Source: an uncultured Verrucomicrobiota bacterium (GTDB lineage Bacteria; Verrucomicrobiota; Verrucomicrobiia; Opitutales; Opitutaceae). From it: a stretch of DNA of 64,000 bases. The notes beneath the pieces were generated by a model, which saw only the letters and a list, made by a program, of their open reading frames with translations, searched no databases and had not been told where the DNA came from. The translations under genes and the position numbers were made by a program. Positions within the stretch are counted from its first letter, which is position 1, and every line of letters begins with the position of its first letter. The DNA lies in contig CAIVDS010000056.1 in assembly GCA_903904685.1 (NCBI GenBank), forward strand, positions 32,280 through 96,279, given 5' to 3'. Below are positions 46,940 through 57,391 of the stretch, in pieces.

Positions 46940-47260
46940 TTAAATTGGCCCGACCGCAATCGGTTTTACGATTACCGCGATACTTTTTACTATTACCACG
47001 ATAGGTTTTCTTATCACCACGCTAGTTTTTACTCCTACCACGCTAACTTTTATTATCGCCGCACTAGTTTTTCCTATTGCCGCAATCCTTTTTACGACTA
47101 CCGCGCTAATTTTTACTATTACCGCAATCGGTTTTCCTATTACCGCAATCGGTTTTAAGACTACCGCACTAGGTTTTATTATCACCGCACTAGGTTTTCT
47201 TGTCACCGCACTCGGTTTTCTTCCGCCCGCATTCGGTTTTTTGCCCACCGCACCTGCCAT
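46940..47260 (-). CDS. Putative cationic heptad-repeat peptide (xKPxAVx)n, 106 aa
   Basis: ATG and TAA bracket the repeat array almost exactly; Lys invariant every 7th residue; no acidic or aromatic residues. Confidence 0.45.
   Translation of the reverse strand: MAGAVGKKPNAGGRKPSAVTRKPSAVIIKPSAVVLKPIAVIGKPIAVIVKISAVVVKRIAAIGKTSAAIIKVSVVGVKTSVVIRKPIVVIVKSIAVIVKPIAVGPI
46953..47246. repeat. Tandem array of 14 degenerate 21-bp units (consensus about accgcaatcggttttactatt)
   Basis: 14 x 21 = 294 bp with no indels; every unit carries a T run at the same offset; a partial 15th unit begins at 47247; AT-rich against GC-rich flanks. Confidence 0.95.
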
Positions 47261-47324
47261 TTAGAGAGCCCCGCCTGGGTTTGCGATCACCCAGCTTGGT
47301 TTTGGCGCGACCGCTGACGACGCG

Positions 47325-50180
47325 CTAAGCCCGGCTCCATCTGACCAGCGCCTGTCCGGTGAGGCTGCGCGACTCCTTCTCGATCCCGGCGCAGTCGCCC
47401 GCATAGACGATCTCGCCGCCGGCGGCGCCGCCGCCGGGACCGAGGTCGATCAGCCAGTCGGCCATGTGGATGACGTCGAGGTTGTGCTCGATCACGACGA
47501 GGGTGTTGCCCGCGTCGCGCAGTTTGAAGAGCAGATCCATGAGGTGCTGGATGTCCACCCAGTGCAGGCCGGTCGTGGGCTCGTCGAGGATGTAGAGCAC
47601 GTTTCCCTGCTGGCGCTTGCTCAGCTCGAGCGAGAGTTTGAGGCGCTGGGCCTCGCCGCCGGAGAGCGTGGTGGCGGACTGGCCGAGCGCGAGGTAGCCG
47701 AGACCCACGGCGTTGAGCGTCTCGAGCTTGTCCATCACGCGGGGGATGTTGCGGAAGAGCTGCATGGCGTCGCGCACGGTCATGTCGAGGACGTCGGCGA
47801 TGGACTTGCCGTGGAAGAGAATCTCGAGGGTCTCGCGGTTGAAGCGGCGGCCGCCGCAACCGGTGCACGGCGCGTAGGCGTCGGCCATGAACTGCATGTC
47901 GAGCTTGATGACGCCGTCGCCCTGGCAGCGTTCGCAGCGACCGCCGCGCACGTTGAAGGAGAAGCGGCTGGCCTTGTAGCCGCGGACCTTGGCGAGCGGC
48001 ACGGTGGCGAAGAGATCGCGCAGGAGGTCGAGGAGTTTGGTGTAGGTGGCGGGGTTCGAGCGCGGGCTGCGGCCGATGGGCGACTGGTCCACCTGCACGA
48101 GCTTCTCGAAGAGATCGAGGTTCTCGATGGCGCGGTGCTTGCCGGGGATGGACTTGGCGCCGTTTAATTTTCGCGCGGCGGCGGCGGCGAGCACGTCGTT
48201 GACGAGCGTGCTCTTGCCGGAGCCGGACACGCCGGTGACGACGGTGAGCAAGCCTACGGGGAAACGCGCATCGACATCGCGGAGGTTGTTGGCGCGGGCC
48301 TCGCGCACGGTGAGGAAGACGCCGTCGCTCTTTTTGGTCTTCGCGTCCTTGGTGACGCGGATCTTGCGGGCGAGATAGGGACCGGTGCGGGAGACGGAGG
48401 GTGGGGCGGCGATGAGGGCGGCGGGCGGGCCTTGGAAGAGAAGTTGCCCGCCCTCGGTGCCGGCCTCGGGGCCGAGCTCGATGATCTCGTCGGCGATGCG
48501 CATGGTTTCCTCGTCGTGCTCGACCACGAGGACGGTGTTGCCGCGGTCGCGCAGCTCGCGGAGGGTGTCGAGGAGCTTCTGGTTGTCGTGCGGGTGCAGG
48601 CCGATGCTCGGCTCGTCGAGGACGTAGATCACGCCCATCAGCCCCATGCCGAGCTGGGTCGCGAGGCGCACGCGCTGGGCCTCGCCGCCGGAAAGCGTGT
48701 CGTAGTCGCGCTCAAGCGTGAGGTAGCCGAGACCGGTTTCGAGGAGGAAGCGGAGGCGCTGCTCGATGCCGGTGACGATCTCGCGGAGGGCGTCGCTCTC
48801 GCCAAGCGTAACGACGAGGGAATTGGCGAAGGCGTGGGCGGCGCCGACGTCGAGGGCGAAGAACTCCGGAAGGCTTTTGCCGGCGACGCGCACGCCGCCG
48901 CTGCGGGCGTTGAGGCGGTTGCCGTGGCACTCGGGACATTCGCCGCTGACCATGAACGTGGTGAGGCGCGCGCGGAAGCCGTCGCTGCCGGTGTCGCGCC
49001 AGCTCGTCTCAAGGTCGGCGAGGATGCCGGGGAACGGCATGGCCTTGGGCTCGCGCATGCGTCTCAGCTTGAAGGCGAACAACCGCTCGCCCGCCCCGTT
49101 GAGCAGCGTGTCGCGCACGGATGCGGGCAGGTCTTTCCACGGCGTATCGGCGTCGAACGGGAGCTGCTCGGCGAGCTGCTTGAGCTGGGCGTTGTGCTTG
49201 ATGATGAGATTTTTTCCGCCGATGCGCCACGGCTTGATGGCGCCGCCGCGCACGGATTTCTCGGGGTCGGCGATCACCAACTCGGGGACGAAGCGGAGCT
49301 TGCGGCCGAGCCCGCCGCAGGTGCCGCACGCGCCCTCGGTGTGGTTGAAGGAGAAGTGGCGCGGGGTGAGCCTCTCAAAAATGTCGCCGCAGATCTCGCA
49401 GGCGAGCGACTGGCTGAGGGTGAGCTCGCGCCACGGGGCGTCGGCGGATTTTTGCGCGAGGACGATGGCACGGTCCTTGCCCTCGCGGAAGGCGAGTTCG
49501 AGGGAGTCGGCGAGGCGGCTGCGCTGGTCGGCGCTGGCGACGAGGCGGTCGATCACGAGCTCGACGCGGATTTCCTTCGAGCCGGCTCCGGTGGGGAGAA
49601 GCTTGGGGTCGTCGAGATTCTTGATCTCGCCGTCGAGACGGACGCGTTGAAAGCCGCGCTGACGGAGGCGCGGAAGTTCGTCGCGGAGGACGGAGGGCTT
49701 CGCGCTGAGGGCGGGCGCGAGGAGCATGATGCGTTCGCCGGGAACCTCGCGAAAGACGCGGGCGACGTTGTCGTCGAGGGAGCGCAGGATGACGCGGCCG
49801 CCGTCCTTGGGGCAGCGTTGCTCGCCGTGGAGCGCCCAGAGGAGGCGGGCGTAGTCGGCGATCTCGGTGACGGTGGCAATGGTGCTGCGGGGCGAGCCGC
49901 CGCCGGTGCGCTGCTCGATGGCGAGGACGGGCGAAAGGCCGTGGATGAAATCGACGTCGGGACGCTTGAGTTGCTCCAGGACCTGGCGGGCCTGGGTGGA
50001 GAGCGACTCCATGTATTTCCGGTAGCCCTCGGCGTAGATGGTGTCGAAGGCCAGTGACGACTTGCCGGAGCCGGACGGGCCGGTGACGACCACGAGCTTC
50101 CCACGCGGGATGCGCAGCTCGATGTTCTTCAAGTTGTGCTCACGGGCACCTTTGATGTGGATGTGGGTCGCGGCCTGCAT
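47325..50180 (-). CDS. uvrA: Excinuclease ABC subunit A (ORF track start 50234, likely start 50180)
   Basis: [27 protein letters not shown] twice, GVSGSGKS, zinc-finger Cys pairs, LDEPTTGLH. Confidence 0.97.
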   Translation of the reverse strand: MQAATHIHIKGAREHNLKNIELRIPRGKLVVVTGPSGSGKSSLAFDTIYAEGYRKYMESLSTQARQVLEQLKRPDVDFIHGLSPVLAIEQRTGGGSPRSTIATVTEIADYARLLWALHGEQRCPKDGGRVILRSLDDNVARVFREVPGERIMLLAPALSAKPSVLRDELPRLRQRGFQRVRLDGEIKNLDDPKLLPTGAGSKEIRVELVIDRLVASADQRSRLADSLELAFREGKDRAIVLAQKSADAPWRELTLSQSLACEICGDIFERLTPRHFSFNHTEGACGTCGGLGRKLRFVPELVIADPEKSVRGGAIKPWRIGGKNLIIKHNAQLKQLAEQLPFDADTPWKDLPASVRDTLLNGAGERLFAFKLRRMREPKAMPFPGILADLETSWRDTGSDGFRARLTTFMVSGECPECHGNRLNARSGGVRVAGKSLPEFFALDVGAAHAFANSLVVTLGESDALREIVTGIEQRLRFLLETGLGYLTLERDYDTLSGGEAQRVRLATQLGMGLMGVIYVLDEPSIGLHPHDNQKLLDTLRELRDRGNTVLVVEHDEETMRIADEIIELGPEAGTEGGQLLFQGPPAALIAAPPSVSRTGPYLARKIRVTKDAKTKKSDGVFLTVREARANNLRDVDARFPVGLLTVVTGVSGSGKSTLVNDVLAAAAARKLNGAKSIPGKHRAIENLDLFEKLVQVDQSPIGRSPRSNPATYTKLLDLLRDLFATVPLAKVRGYKASRFSFNVRGGRCERCQGDGVIKLDMQFMADAYAPCTGCGGRRFNRETLEILFHGKSIADVLDMTVRDAMQLFRNIPRVMDKLETLNAVGLGYLALGQSATTLSGGEAQRLKLSLELSKRQQGNVLYILDEPTTGLHWVDIQHLMDLLFKLRDAGNTLVVIEHNLDVIHMADWLIDLGPGGGAAGGEIVYAGDCAGIEKESRSLTGQALVRWSRA

Positions 50181-50278
50181 GCGGGCAATCGACAAGTTAA
50201 CCAATCGCAGGCGAACGCAAGACGGCAGACGCACCTTTCGGCTGGCGTCGGAGGGGCGGGCGCATTGTTGTCAAGACC

Positions 50279-51454
50279 ATGGCTGAATCTGAACCTATCG
50301 AATCACGGCTGCTGACCGCCGGCCAGCGGCGGTTGGTGGGGTTTGCCGTCAGCCTGCTGGCCTTTGTCGGCTGCATCGCGCTGCTGGTGTATTGCCTCGA
50401 CAAGCTGGGAGACTTGATCGGCCATTTCGTCGGCGTGCTCTGGCCGCTGGCGGTGGCCGGCATCATGGCGCTGATCATGCGGCCCATCGTGGAACTGTTG
50501 GAATCGAAACTGAAGCTCCGGCGCACGAGCGCGGTGCTCATTCTCTACGGCGCCTTTGTGCTGGTGGTCGCGGGCGCGCTGTTCCTCATCACGCCGCCCC
50601 TCGTCACCCAAGTGCTGGATTTCATCGCCTTCATCCCGACGTTGTGGTCGCAGGCGTTCCACTACGTCGAGCTTCACTATCCGAACTGGATCGGTCTGGC
50701 GCGGGTGCAGATGCAGAACGAGACGGTCAAAAGGATCGTCGATGGCATGATCAACGAAGGCCGGCAACTCGCCGACCACGCCATGCCCACCCTCAAATCC
50801 GCCGGCGTGGGAGCGCTCAATGTCATCGGCTTCATGACCCATCTGGCGGTGGTGCCCATCTATCTTTTTTTCTTCCTGCTTTCGAGTCGCGAGCCGACCA
50901 AAAACCTCGGCCAGCACCTGCCCTTCCTCAAGCCGGACCTGCGCGACGACGTGGTTTTTCTTGTCGGTGAGTTCATCTCCATCGTCGTTTCATTTTTTCG
51001 CGGCCAGTTGCTCATCGGCCTGATGATGGGCGCGCTCCTGGCCATCGGATTCTCGGTCGTGGGGCTGAAGTTCGGCCTCTTCATCGGCCTCGCCCTCGGC
51101 GTGTTCAACATCGTCCCCTACCTCGGCACCATCCTCGGCCTGAGCATCGCCATCCCGCTGGCGTTTTTCCAGCCGGGCGGCGGGCCCTCGCTGGTCGGTT
51201 TCGTGCTGGGCGTGTTCTGTCTCGTGCAAATGACCGAAGGTTGGTTCCTCACACCGAGAATCATGGGCCAACGCACCGGGTTGCATCCGGTCGCGATCAT
51301 GTTTTCGATTTTCTTCTGGGGGACGGCGCTCAACGGCATCCTCGGCATGGTTCTGGCGATCCCGCTGACGGCGTTCTTCGTGACCGCGTGGCGCCTAGTA
51401 AAACGCAAGTATTTCAAGGTGGAAACCAAACCCTCCGATCCGCTGTCGCCATGA
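50279..51454 (+). CDS. AI-2E family transporter
   Basis: Multi-TM; FFRGQ, NIVPYLG, PRIMGQRTGLHPV, GMVLAIPL. Confidence 0.92.
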   Translation: MAESEPIESRLLTAGQRRLVGFAVSLLAFVGCIALLVYCLDKLGDLIGHFVGVLWPLAVAGIMALIMRPIVELLESKLKLRRTSAVLILYGAFVLVVAGALFLITPPLVTQVLDFIAFIPTLWSQAFHYVELHYPNWIGLARVQMQNETVKRIVDGMINEGRQLADHAMPTLKSAGVGALNVIGFMTHLAVVPIYLFFFLLSSREPTKNLGQHLPFLKPDLRDDVVFLVGEFISIVVSFFRGQLLIGLMMGALLAIGFSVVGLKFGLFIGLALGVFNIVPYLGTILGLSIAIPLAFFQPGGGPSLVGFVLGVFCLVQMTEGWFLTPRIMGQRTGLHPVAIMFSIFFWGTALNGILGMVLAIPLTAFFVTAWRLVKRKYFKVETKPSDPLSP

Positions 51455-51867
51455 ACGTGAAGTGGAAGTCGCTGGATCAATTCTCCGATTTCGGCCTGCT
51501 CGTCATGCGTGCCGGCATCGGAGCGTTGTTCATGATCGTGCACGGTTTTCCCAAGCTCGCGGGCGGACCAGAGGCCTGGGCCTCGATGGGCCGGGCGGTG
51601 AGTTACCTTGGCATCACCTGCGGTTACACCGGATGGGGACTGGCGGCCGCCGTGGCGGAAACCTTGGGCGGCCTGCTGCTCATCCTGGGTTTTGCGCACC
51701 GACCCGCCGCGCTCGCGCTTTTCGTGACGATGACGGTCGCCGCGATCTGGAAATATTACCCCTTCGGCGGATGGGAGGCAGCGGCCCATCCAGCGGCACT
51801 GGCGGCGGCATGCCTGGGATTGTTGTTCACCGGTCCGGGGAAACACTCCCTCGATGCCGGGGGTTAA
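51451..51867 (+). CDS. DoxX family membrane protein
   Basis: RAGIGALFMIVHGFPKL, AETLGGLLLILG, TGPGKHSLD; ATGA overlap with the upstream stop. Confidence 0.9.
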   Translation: MNVKWKSLDQFSDFGLLVMRAGIGALFMIVHGFPKLAGGPEAWASMGRAVSYLGITCGYTGWGLAAAVAETLGGLLLILGFAHRPAALALFVTMTVAAIWKYYPFGGWEAAAHPAALAAACLGLLFTGPGKHSLDAGG

Positions 51868-51907
51868 GCGACCGATAACTTCAAGTCGCACCGACATACC
51901 CCACGGC

Positions 51908-52690
51908 ATGCCCCTCGTCCGTTTTATCCTGTGCGCCCTCGTTTTTAGTGCGCCGGTTTTCGCCGGAGAGGTGAACGCACTCCATGACGGCGAGAGCTAC
52001 ACGTTTCAAGTGAGTTGGGGTCCATTTTTAGGAGCAGGCGATGTCAATCTGGCGGCGACCCAAGAGACGCATGACGGCGTATCGCGGTTGCGTATCACCA
52101 CCCGTACGAGCACGACGGGATTCATCCGCATGCTCTTTCCCTTCGACGGCACGGGAGATTCGTTTTTCGACGCACACGACGGACGTCTGCTGGAAGCGCG
52201 GGCCACGACCAAGGCTCGGAAAGACCAGACGGACGCCTCCATCCGCTTCGATTACGCCAAAGCCGAAGCGGTCTATACCGACCACCTCAAGCCAGCCCGC
52301 AACACCACACTCGCCGTGCCGCCCGGCCATTTCACCGATTTCATCACCACGCTTGTCCAAGCCCGCCAGTGGAACCTCTCGCCGGGACAGTCCCGCGAGG
52401 TGTTCGTTCTATTCGACAACGAGTTTTACCACCTGAACATCACCGCCGAGCGTATCGAAACCGTGAACACCGCCGGCGGCAAACAGACCGCGCTACTCCT
52501 CATCCCGCGCATGGTCGGCAAGCCCAAGGGCATGTTCCGCAAAGGCGGCGAGGTGCGCGTGTGGATTGCCGACAACGCCCAACACCTGCCCGTGCGTTTC
52601 GAGGTGAAACTCCAAATTGGCACGGCCGTGGCCCTGCTCACCTCGCACACCGAGACGCCGGGCCTGGAGGTGGCATTCGCCCATCCTTGA
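51908..52690 (+). CDS. DUF3108-like exported beta-rich protein
   Basis: Signal peptide, GESYTFQVSW, VWIADNAQHLPVRF. Confidence 0.75.
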   Translation: MPLVRFILCALVFSAPVFAGEVNALHDGESYTFQVSWGPFLGAGDVNLAATQETHDGVSRLRITTRTSTTGFIRMLFPFDGTGDSFFDAHDGRLLEARATTKARKDQTDASIRFDYAKAEAVYTDHLKPARNTTLAVPPGHFTDFITTLVQARQWNLSPGQSREVFVLFDNEFYHLNITAERIETVNTAGGKQTALLLIPRMVGKPKGMFRKGGEVRVWIADNAQHLPVRFEVKLQIGTAVALLTSHTETPGLEVAFAHP

Positions 52691-53219
52691 CCGGCGGCTC
52701 ATAATAAAACCGCCACGGCTTGGCGGCCCATACCGGACCGGCGTAGGCGACTCCGATGCGCGGCGCGGACTGGATGACTCGACGAGGCAGACGAAACCCG
52801 TCGTCTTCCAGCCACAATCCCCCCGCCGGCGCGGCCACCGTGGCGTTGAATCGGCGGTCGATGGCGAGCGTCCGCGTCAGCCGACCCGGGCCCATCACAC
52901 CCTCGACGCTGCGAATGAGAATGGCGGAAGGATAGTCGCGTGGACCGGTGACAAGGTTGAGCATTTCGTGCATGCCGTAACAGAGGTATACATACCACAC
53001 GCCACCGGCGGCATACATGACCTCGGTGCGCGGCGTGCGGCCTTTGCGGGCGTGGCAGGCCAGATCGCTTTCACCGCGGTAGGCCTCGACCTCGCAGATG
53101 CGCCACCGGCGCAAAATCCCCGCGGGACCGGCCGTCACGAGCACTTTCCCAAGAAGCCAACGGGCCAAAGCAACCGTATTTTTCGATTGGACGACTTTGG
53201 CTTCTATTATGGAGGACAT
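52638..53219 (-). CDS. mpg: DNA-3-methyladenine glycosylase (MPG/AAG family; ORF track start 53246)
   Basis: RICEVEAY, DLACHA, YVYLCYGMH, AILIRS, GPGRL, RIGV, PWRF. Confidence 0.93.
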   Translation of the reverse strand: MSSIIEAKVVQSKNTVALARWLLGKVLVTAGPAGILRRWRICEVEAYRGESDLACHARKGRTPRTEVMYAAGGVWYVYLCYGMHEMLNLVTGPRDYPSAILIRSVEGVMGPGRLTRTLAIDRRFNATVAAPAGGLWLEDDGFRLPRRVIQSAPRIGVAYAGPVWAAKPWRFYYEPPVKDGRMPPPGPASRCAR

Positions 53220-53246
53220 AGTCTTTGATGGGCTGGTTTTAACCAA

Positions 53247-54635
53247 ATGCCCGCCTCTCCTGCAATGCCCACCTCAGCTCTTCGCCGCAACCTGCGCCTT
53301 TGCACCTACGATGGCCTGGCCTCGGTGCCGCTCGGCTACCTGCTGCAACCCGGCAACTTCATCATGGCGGCGTTGCTCGTGGAGTTGTTTCACCTGCCGC
53401 CCGATGTTTACGGCATCATCGTGTCTTTGCCGTTTTTTGGGAATTTTGCCCAGGCGTTTTTGATGCCGGCGGTGAACACATGGCTGTCCCCCAAGGGGGT
53501 ATCGGTCACCTTCGCGGCCATGCAGGCGCTCTGCTGGGGAGTGCTCGCGGCGATGCTTTCCTTCCTTCCGATACAAAAACCGGAAACCAGCGGATACTGG
53601 TTTCTCGTAATTTTTGCGGTGTCGTCCGCGATTTCATCGTTCACCGGCGTGAGCTGGACCTCCTGGGTGCAGGAATGGATGCCCACGCGGCTGCGTGGAA
53701 AATATTTCGGTCGGCGCAACCGTATCATGCAGATTACGGGGATTGTCTTCCTGCTGGCGACCGGTCGGCTGGTCTATCGGATGGCGGGTGCGGTGGGGGC
53801 CTTTCAATGCCTGCTGTTCGGAGCCGCGCTGCTGCGTATGGGATCTGTGTTTTGCCAGAATAAAATCGAGGCGCATAAGCTCGATACACCGCGTATCGAG
53901 ATGAAAACCCCGTGGAAAGAACAGCTGAACGCCCTGATGGACACTCCGGCGTTCTTGTGGCTGGTCGCCTACGGGGCGGGATGGGGATTTGCGGCAAGCT
54001 TCTTCGGCCCGTTTTATCCGCTGTTCATGTATAGGGAGCTGGGGTTTTCCATCCAGGACGTGGGGATGCTGGCGGTCATGGCAAGTGTGGGTGGAGCGAT
54101 CTCGTCACCGGCTTGGGGCGCGTTATCCGACCGGTTCGGCAACAAGCCGGTGATGCTGTTCTGCATGATCACTTGGCAGGTCCACAACTTCCTGTGGTGC
54201 CTGCTCACGAAGGAAAATTCATGGATGCTTTACGGCATGTGGATGGTCGGCGGCATCATGGGCTCGGGCTTCGTGCTTTCTCTGTTCAACCTCCAACTCA
54301 AAATCATCCCGCCTGCGGCAAAAACCCTCGCGATCAGCGTCAACCTTGCAGTGACTTCACTGGTCACCGCAGTCGCGCCGATTATCGGCGGCGTGGTTCT
54401 TCGGCACCTGCTCGCGGGAAGCAACAGCTCGATCTCTGTTTATCACTATCTTTTTCTCGTGGGCCCGACGCTTGCCTTGTCCGCCTGCCTTGTGCTCACG
54501 AAAATAGACGAGCCTGCGGCCAGTTCCCTAACCAGCGTCGTCGGCGCCATGCGCAACATCCGTACGCTGAGCAGTGTGTTCGGCCTCAGTTTCTTCGTCG
54601 ATTACATCTTCGTGAAGCCGTTGAAGAAACGATGA
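53247..54635 (+). CDS. MFS transporter
   Basis: About 12 TM; RGKYFGRRN, GALSDRFGNK. Confidence 0.88.
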   Translation: MPASPAMPTSALRRNLRLCTYDGLASVPLGYLLQPGNFIMAALLVELFHLPPDVYGIIVSLPFFGNFAQAFLMPAVNTWLSPKGVSVTFAAMQALCWGVLAAMLSFLPIQKPETSGYWFLVIFAVSSAISSFTGVSWTSWVQEWMPTRLRGKYFGRRNRIMQITGIVFLLATGRLVYRMAGAVGAFQCLLFGAALLRMGSVFCQNKIEAHKLDTPRIEMKTPWKEQLNALMDTPAFLWLVAYGAGWGFAASFFGPFYPLFMYRELGFSIQDVGMLAVMASVGGAISSPAWGALSDRFGNKPVMLFCMITWQVHNFLWCLLTKENSWMLYGMWMVGGIMGSGFVLSLFNLQLKIIPPAAKTLAISVNLAVTSLVTAVAPIIGGVVLRHLLAGSNSSISVYHYLFLVGPTLALSACLVLTKIDEPAASSLTSVVGAMRNIRTLSSVFGLSFFVDYIFVKPLKKR

Positions 54636-54786
54636 CCGTTGCATCTTGGGACAGCTCAACCAAGCCGCACACCAACGCCATTGAGGTTGCCATGCCTTTG
54701 GATGCAGCCACTCTAACACATAAAACCGCAGTTGCTTTTGTCTGGAACCACCGGTCAAAATAAAGCCTTCATCCCATTGTTTTTTT

Positions 54787-55449
54787 ATGAAAAAAGGTGC
54801 CACCATCGCTCTCATCGTCCTCATCGCCGCCTCCTGTGGATTCTACGGGTTCAAACGGTATAAGCAAGCATCCGAGCAGGCGTTAGCCGATCAGCGCCTT
54901 GCGGCTGATAAAGCCGAGCAAACTCGTCTGCAAGCGGAAGCCGTCAAGCGAGCCGAAGCCGAAGCCGAAGCCCACCGCCTCGCCGCACTCAAAGCACAGA
55001 AAGAGGCCGAACAGACCGCCCTCGAATTGCAAAAGCTCCGCGCCGACCAGGCAGCCACTGAAGCCGCCCGTCTCGCCGCCGAAAAAGAAGTCGCGGCCGC
55101 CGAAGCCGAGCGTGCGCGTCTCGCGAAGGAAAAAGAAGCCCTCGAAGGCGAGGCCCGCCGTCTGGCTGAGCAACGCGAAAAAGAGGCCGCCATTGCCGAT
55201 GCAGCCCGGCGTGATGCCTTGCTCAAGCTGGCCGAGGTCGAACAGCAGAAGCGCGAACTTGCCGACCGGGAAGCATCTCGGCTCGCCTCCCTCAAGACCC
55301 AGCAGGCGATGGAAGAGCAGACCGTCAAACGTATCCTACTTAACAAGTCCATCCTGCCGCCCGACTATAAACGGCGCGACCATTACTATATGAAAATTGA
55401 CTTAATGAACGCCGCACCCCTGCCCGCGCCCGCCACGCCGGCCAAATAG
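54787..55449 (+). CDS. Membrane-anchored A/E/K/R-rich coiled-coil protein (TolA-like composition)
   Basis: N-terminal TM, long low-complexity helix, short distinct C-terminal motif PPDYKRRDHYY. Confidence 0.75.
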   Translation: MKKGATIALIVLIAASCGFYGFKRYKQASEQALADQRLAADKAEQTRLQAEAVKRAEAEAEAHRLAALKAQKEAEQTALELQKLRADQAATEAARLAAEKEVAAAEAERARLAKEKEALEGEARRLAEQREKEAAIADAARRDALLKLAEVEQQKRELADREASRLASLKTQQAMEEQTVKRILLNKSILPPDYKRRDHYYMKIDLMNAAPLPAPATPAK

Positions 55450-55480
55450 CCCTCCGGCGGCGGCACACCTGTTTCATCAG

Positions 55481-55508
55481 CGACGGTCGTTGATGGCCGT
55501 CGTTTTTT
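55481..55508 (+). terminator. Intrinsic terminator
   Basis: cgacggtc/ggccgtcg stem (one G-U pair) followed by tttttt. Confidence 0.65.
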
Positions 55509-55514
55509 CACCCG

Positions 55515-56276
55515 TCACAATCCCGAAATACTTTCCGGAGCCTTCACCGCCTGTTCCTTTTTCTGCAGCGCCAACTCGCGATCTTGGACTGCCTTGGCGA
55601 TGCGCTTTTGATCCACCACGTAGGCATCCAGCTTTTTGGCGAAAATCATGAACCAGTTGCCATCCACTTTTGCGCGCAGGGAACCGTCCTCCAACTCGTA
55701 GTCATAGTCGATGCCGGCGGTTGAGTCACTGCCGTCGTTTTTTTTCCATGAGGAGGTGCCTCGATTCACATTCAACAGTCCCTTGATCTCGAATTCGTTC
55801 AACCCGTCGCCCACGCGCTTGTATGCCTCCAGCACCGAGCGGCCACCGGAATAGAAAACATAGATCTGCCAGCCCGAGTCGTTACTTAGCTGGTTGGCCA
55901 CCGCCGATTTCCAATACACTCCCTCCCGGATGTCTGTCGGCAAAAAGGCCTCGAAGGAGTGAAAGGGTTGGTCCTTTGCATCTTTCTGCTGCTGACGAGC
56001 AGCCGCCTTAGGGTCCATTGGCTTTGGGGTATTGAAAAGTTTCCCGACACCGGGTTGAAGCAGGCGGCGCTCGATCACATCCTGCGTTTCGCCCACTCGT
56101 GCCTGCACGAGAGCGGGAGTGAATACTGACAATACGACCAGAACACTGGTCGCACCAAGGGATAGGCGCGTAAAATTCACGGTCAAAAGGCTACAAGTCA
56201 TTCCGTGCAGATGCCATCCAAATCGTCGGATTTCAAAATATGGCCGTCTACTTTCAACGAACCGTAGATTTCCCAA
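55515..56276 (-). CDS. Hypothetical exported protein (true start probably downstream, near MTCSLL)
   Basis: Signal-peptide-like segment ending VQA, ordinary globular composition. Confidence 0.7.
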   Translation of the reverse strand: MGNLRFVESRRPYFEIRRFGWHLHGMTCSLLTVNFTRLSLGATSVLVVLSVFTPALVQARVGETQDVIERRLLQPGVGKLFNTPKPMDPKAAARQQQKDAKDQPFHSFEAFLPTDIREGVYWKSAVANQLSNDSGWQIYVFYSGGRSVLEAYKRVGDGLNEFEIKGLLNVNRGTSSWKKNDGSDSTAGIDYDYELEDGSLRAKVDGNWFMIFAKKLDAYVVDQKRIAKAVQDRELALQKKEQAVKAPESISGL

Positions 56277-56327
56277 ATATCTCCTTGCGTGCGCAGGTTC
56301 AAAACCTCTTATTTCGACGTTTTATTT

Positions 56328-56642
56328 ATGAAAGCGACCATCAAAACCCAAGGCCAGCAGTTCGCTGTGACCGAAGGAGACATTCTCATCGTAAACCGCT
56401 ACCCCAATACGGAAGCGGGCCACACCGTCGAAATTACTGACGTCCTCTCCGCCGGCGAAGGCTCCAACTTCAAGATCGGCACCCCGACTCTCGCCGGTGC
56501 TTCCGTCACCGCCAAGATCCTCGAAAACAAGCGCGGCGACAAGGTCATCGTCTTCAAAAAGAAGAAGCGCAAGGGCCACGAAAAAAAGCGCGGCCACCGC
56601 CAGGAGCTTTCCGTCATCAAGATCGAAACCATCAAGGCCTGA
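56328..56642 (+). CDS. rplU: 50S ribosomal protein L21
   Basis: [28 protein letters not shown]. Confidence 0.97.
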   Translation: MKATIKTQGQQFAVTEGDILIVNRYPNTEAGHTVEITDVLSAGEGSNFKIGTPTLAGASVTAKILENKRGDKVIVFKKKKRKGHEKKRGHRQELSVIKIETIKA

Positions 56643-56679
56643 TTCCCGTTCAATTTAACAACCAAGGAGAAATTTAGTC

Positions 56680-56919
56680 ATGGCGCATAAAAAAGGTGCA
56701 GGCGCGACGACCAACGGTCGCGAGAGCCAGTCAAAACGGCTCGGTATCAAGAAATTTGGTGGTCAAGCCGTCGTGGCCGGCAACATCATCGTTCGCCAGC
56801 GCGGCAGTAAGCTGCACGCCGGAAAGAACATCGGCATCGGTCGTGATTGGACGCTCTTCGCGCTCAAAGACGGCGTCGTGGAGTTCGACAAGGCTCACCG
56901 CAAGGTGAACATCGTCTGA
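56680..56919 (+). CDS. rpmA: 50S ribosomal protein L27
   Basis: [29 protein letters not shown]. Confidence 0.98.
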   Translation: MAHKKGAGATTNGRESQSKRLGIKKFGGQAVVAGNIIVRQRGSKLHAGKNIGIGRDWTLFALKDGVVEFDKAHRKVNIV

Positions 56920-56949
56920 GTCGCTACCAGCGATTTCGCTTTCAAATCC

Positions 56950-56981
56950 AAGCGCCGAGACTTCGCCCTCGGCGCTTTTTT
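56950..56981 (+). terminator. Intrinsic terminator after rpmA
   Basis: aagcgccgag/ctcggcgctt stem followed by a T run. Confidence 0.85.
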
Positions 56982-57027
56982 GTTTTGCGGTCTCTCCGTT
57001 CGGCGAAACGCTGTCAGGCCGCGCCCG

Positions 57028-57339
57028 ATGAGTGACCGCCGCCAAGAACTACTCCGCCAGCAAGCCATGCTCAGAGAACACCTCGCATGGCTGGACAAGG
57101 AGCTCGCCCGCGAAACTGGGATCGCGTCCCCCACGCTCGTCATCCCGACGCTAACCACTCCGAAAGCCCCCATCGTTCCCCTGTCGGATGCGGATACTCT
57201 GTTGAGCAACTATGCCGCAAGCGAGCGTCACGATCCCACCGCGCTGCGCCGTGGGTGTTTCCTTGCGTTCGCTATCGCCATCGCAGCTCTCGTGCTTGGA
57301 GTCTTGGCTGTTTATTTTCTGCACTATGCGAATCGCTAG
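57028..57339 (+). CDS. Small hypothetical protein with C-terminal TM helix
   Basis: Coiled-coil start MSDRRQELLRQQ, Pro-rich linker, hydrophobic tail after RRGC. Confidence 0.7.
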   Translation: MSDRRQELLRQQAMLREHLAWLDKELARETGIASPTLVIPTLTTPKAPIVPLSDADTLLSNYAASERHDPTALRRGCFLAFAIAIAALVLGVLAVYFLHYANR

Positions 57340-57391
57340 AGTATTTTAATTTTAGGACTCGTCGAACCAATGGGGGGGAGCGGTGATGACT

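Noticed and set aside
46745-47158. Plus-strand Tyr/Arg/Phe-rich ORF across the array
   Set aside because: It stops inside the array, starts with TTG/non-ATG at the previous stop, and unit differences are mostly non-synonymous in this frame; weaker than the minus-strand ORF, though not excluded
46953-47246. CRISPR array
   Set aside because: Units are contiguous and degenerate with no unique spacers, and there are no cas genes
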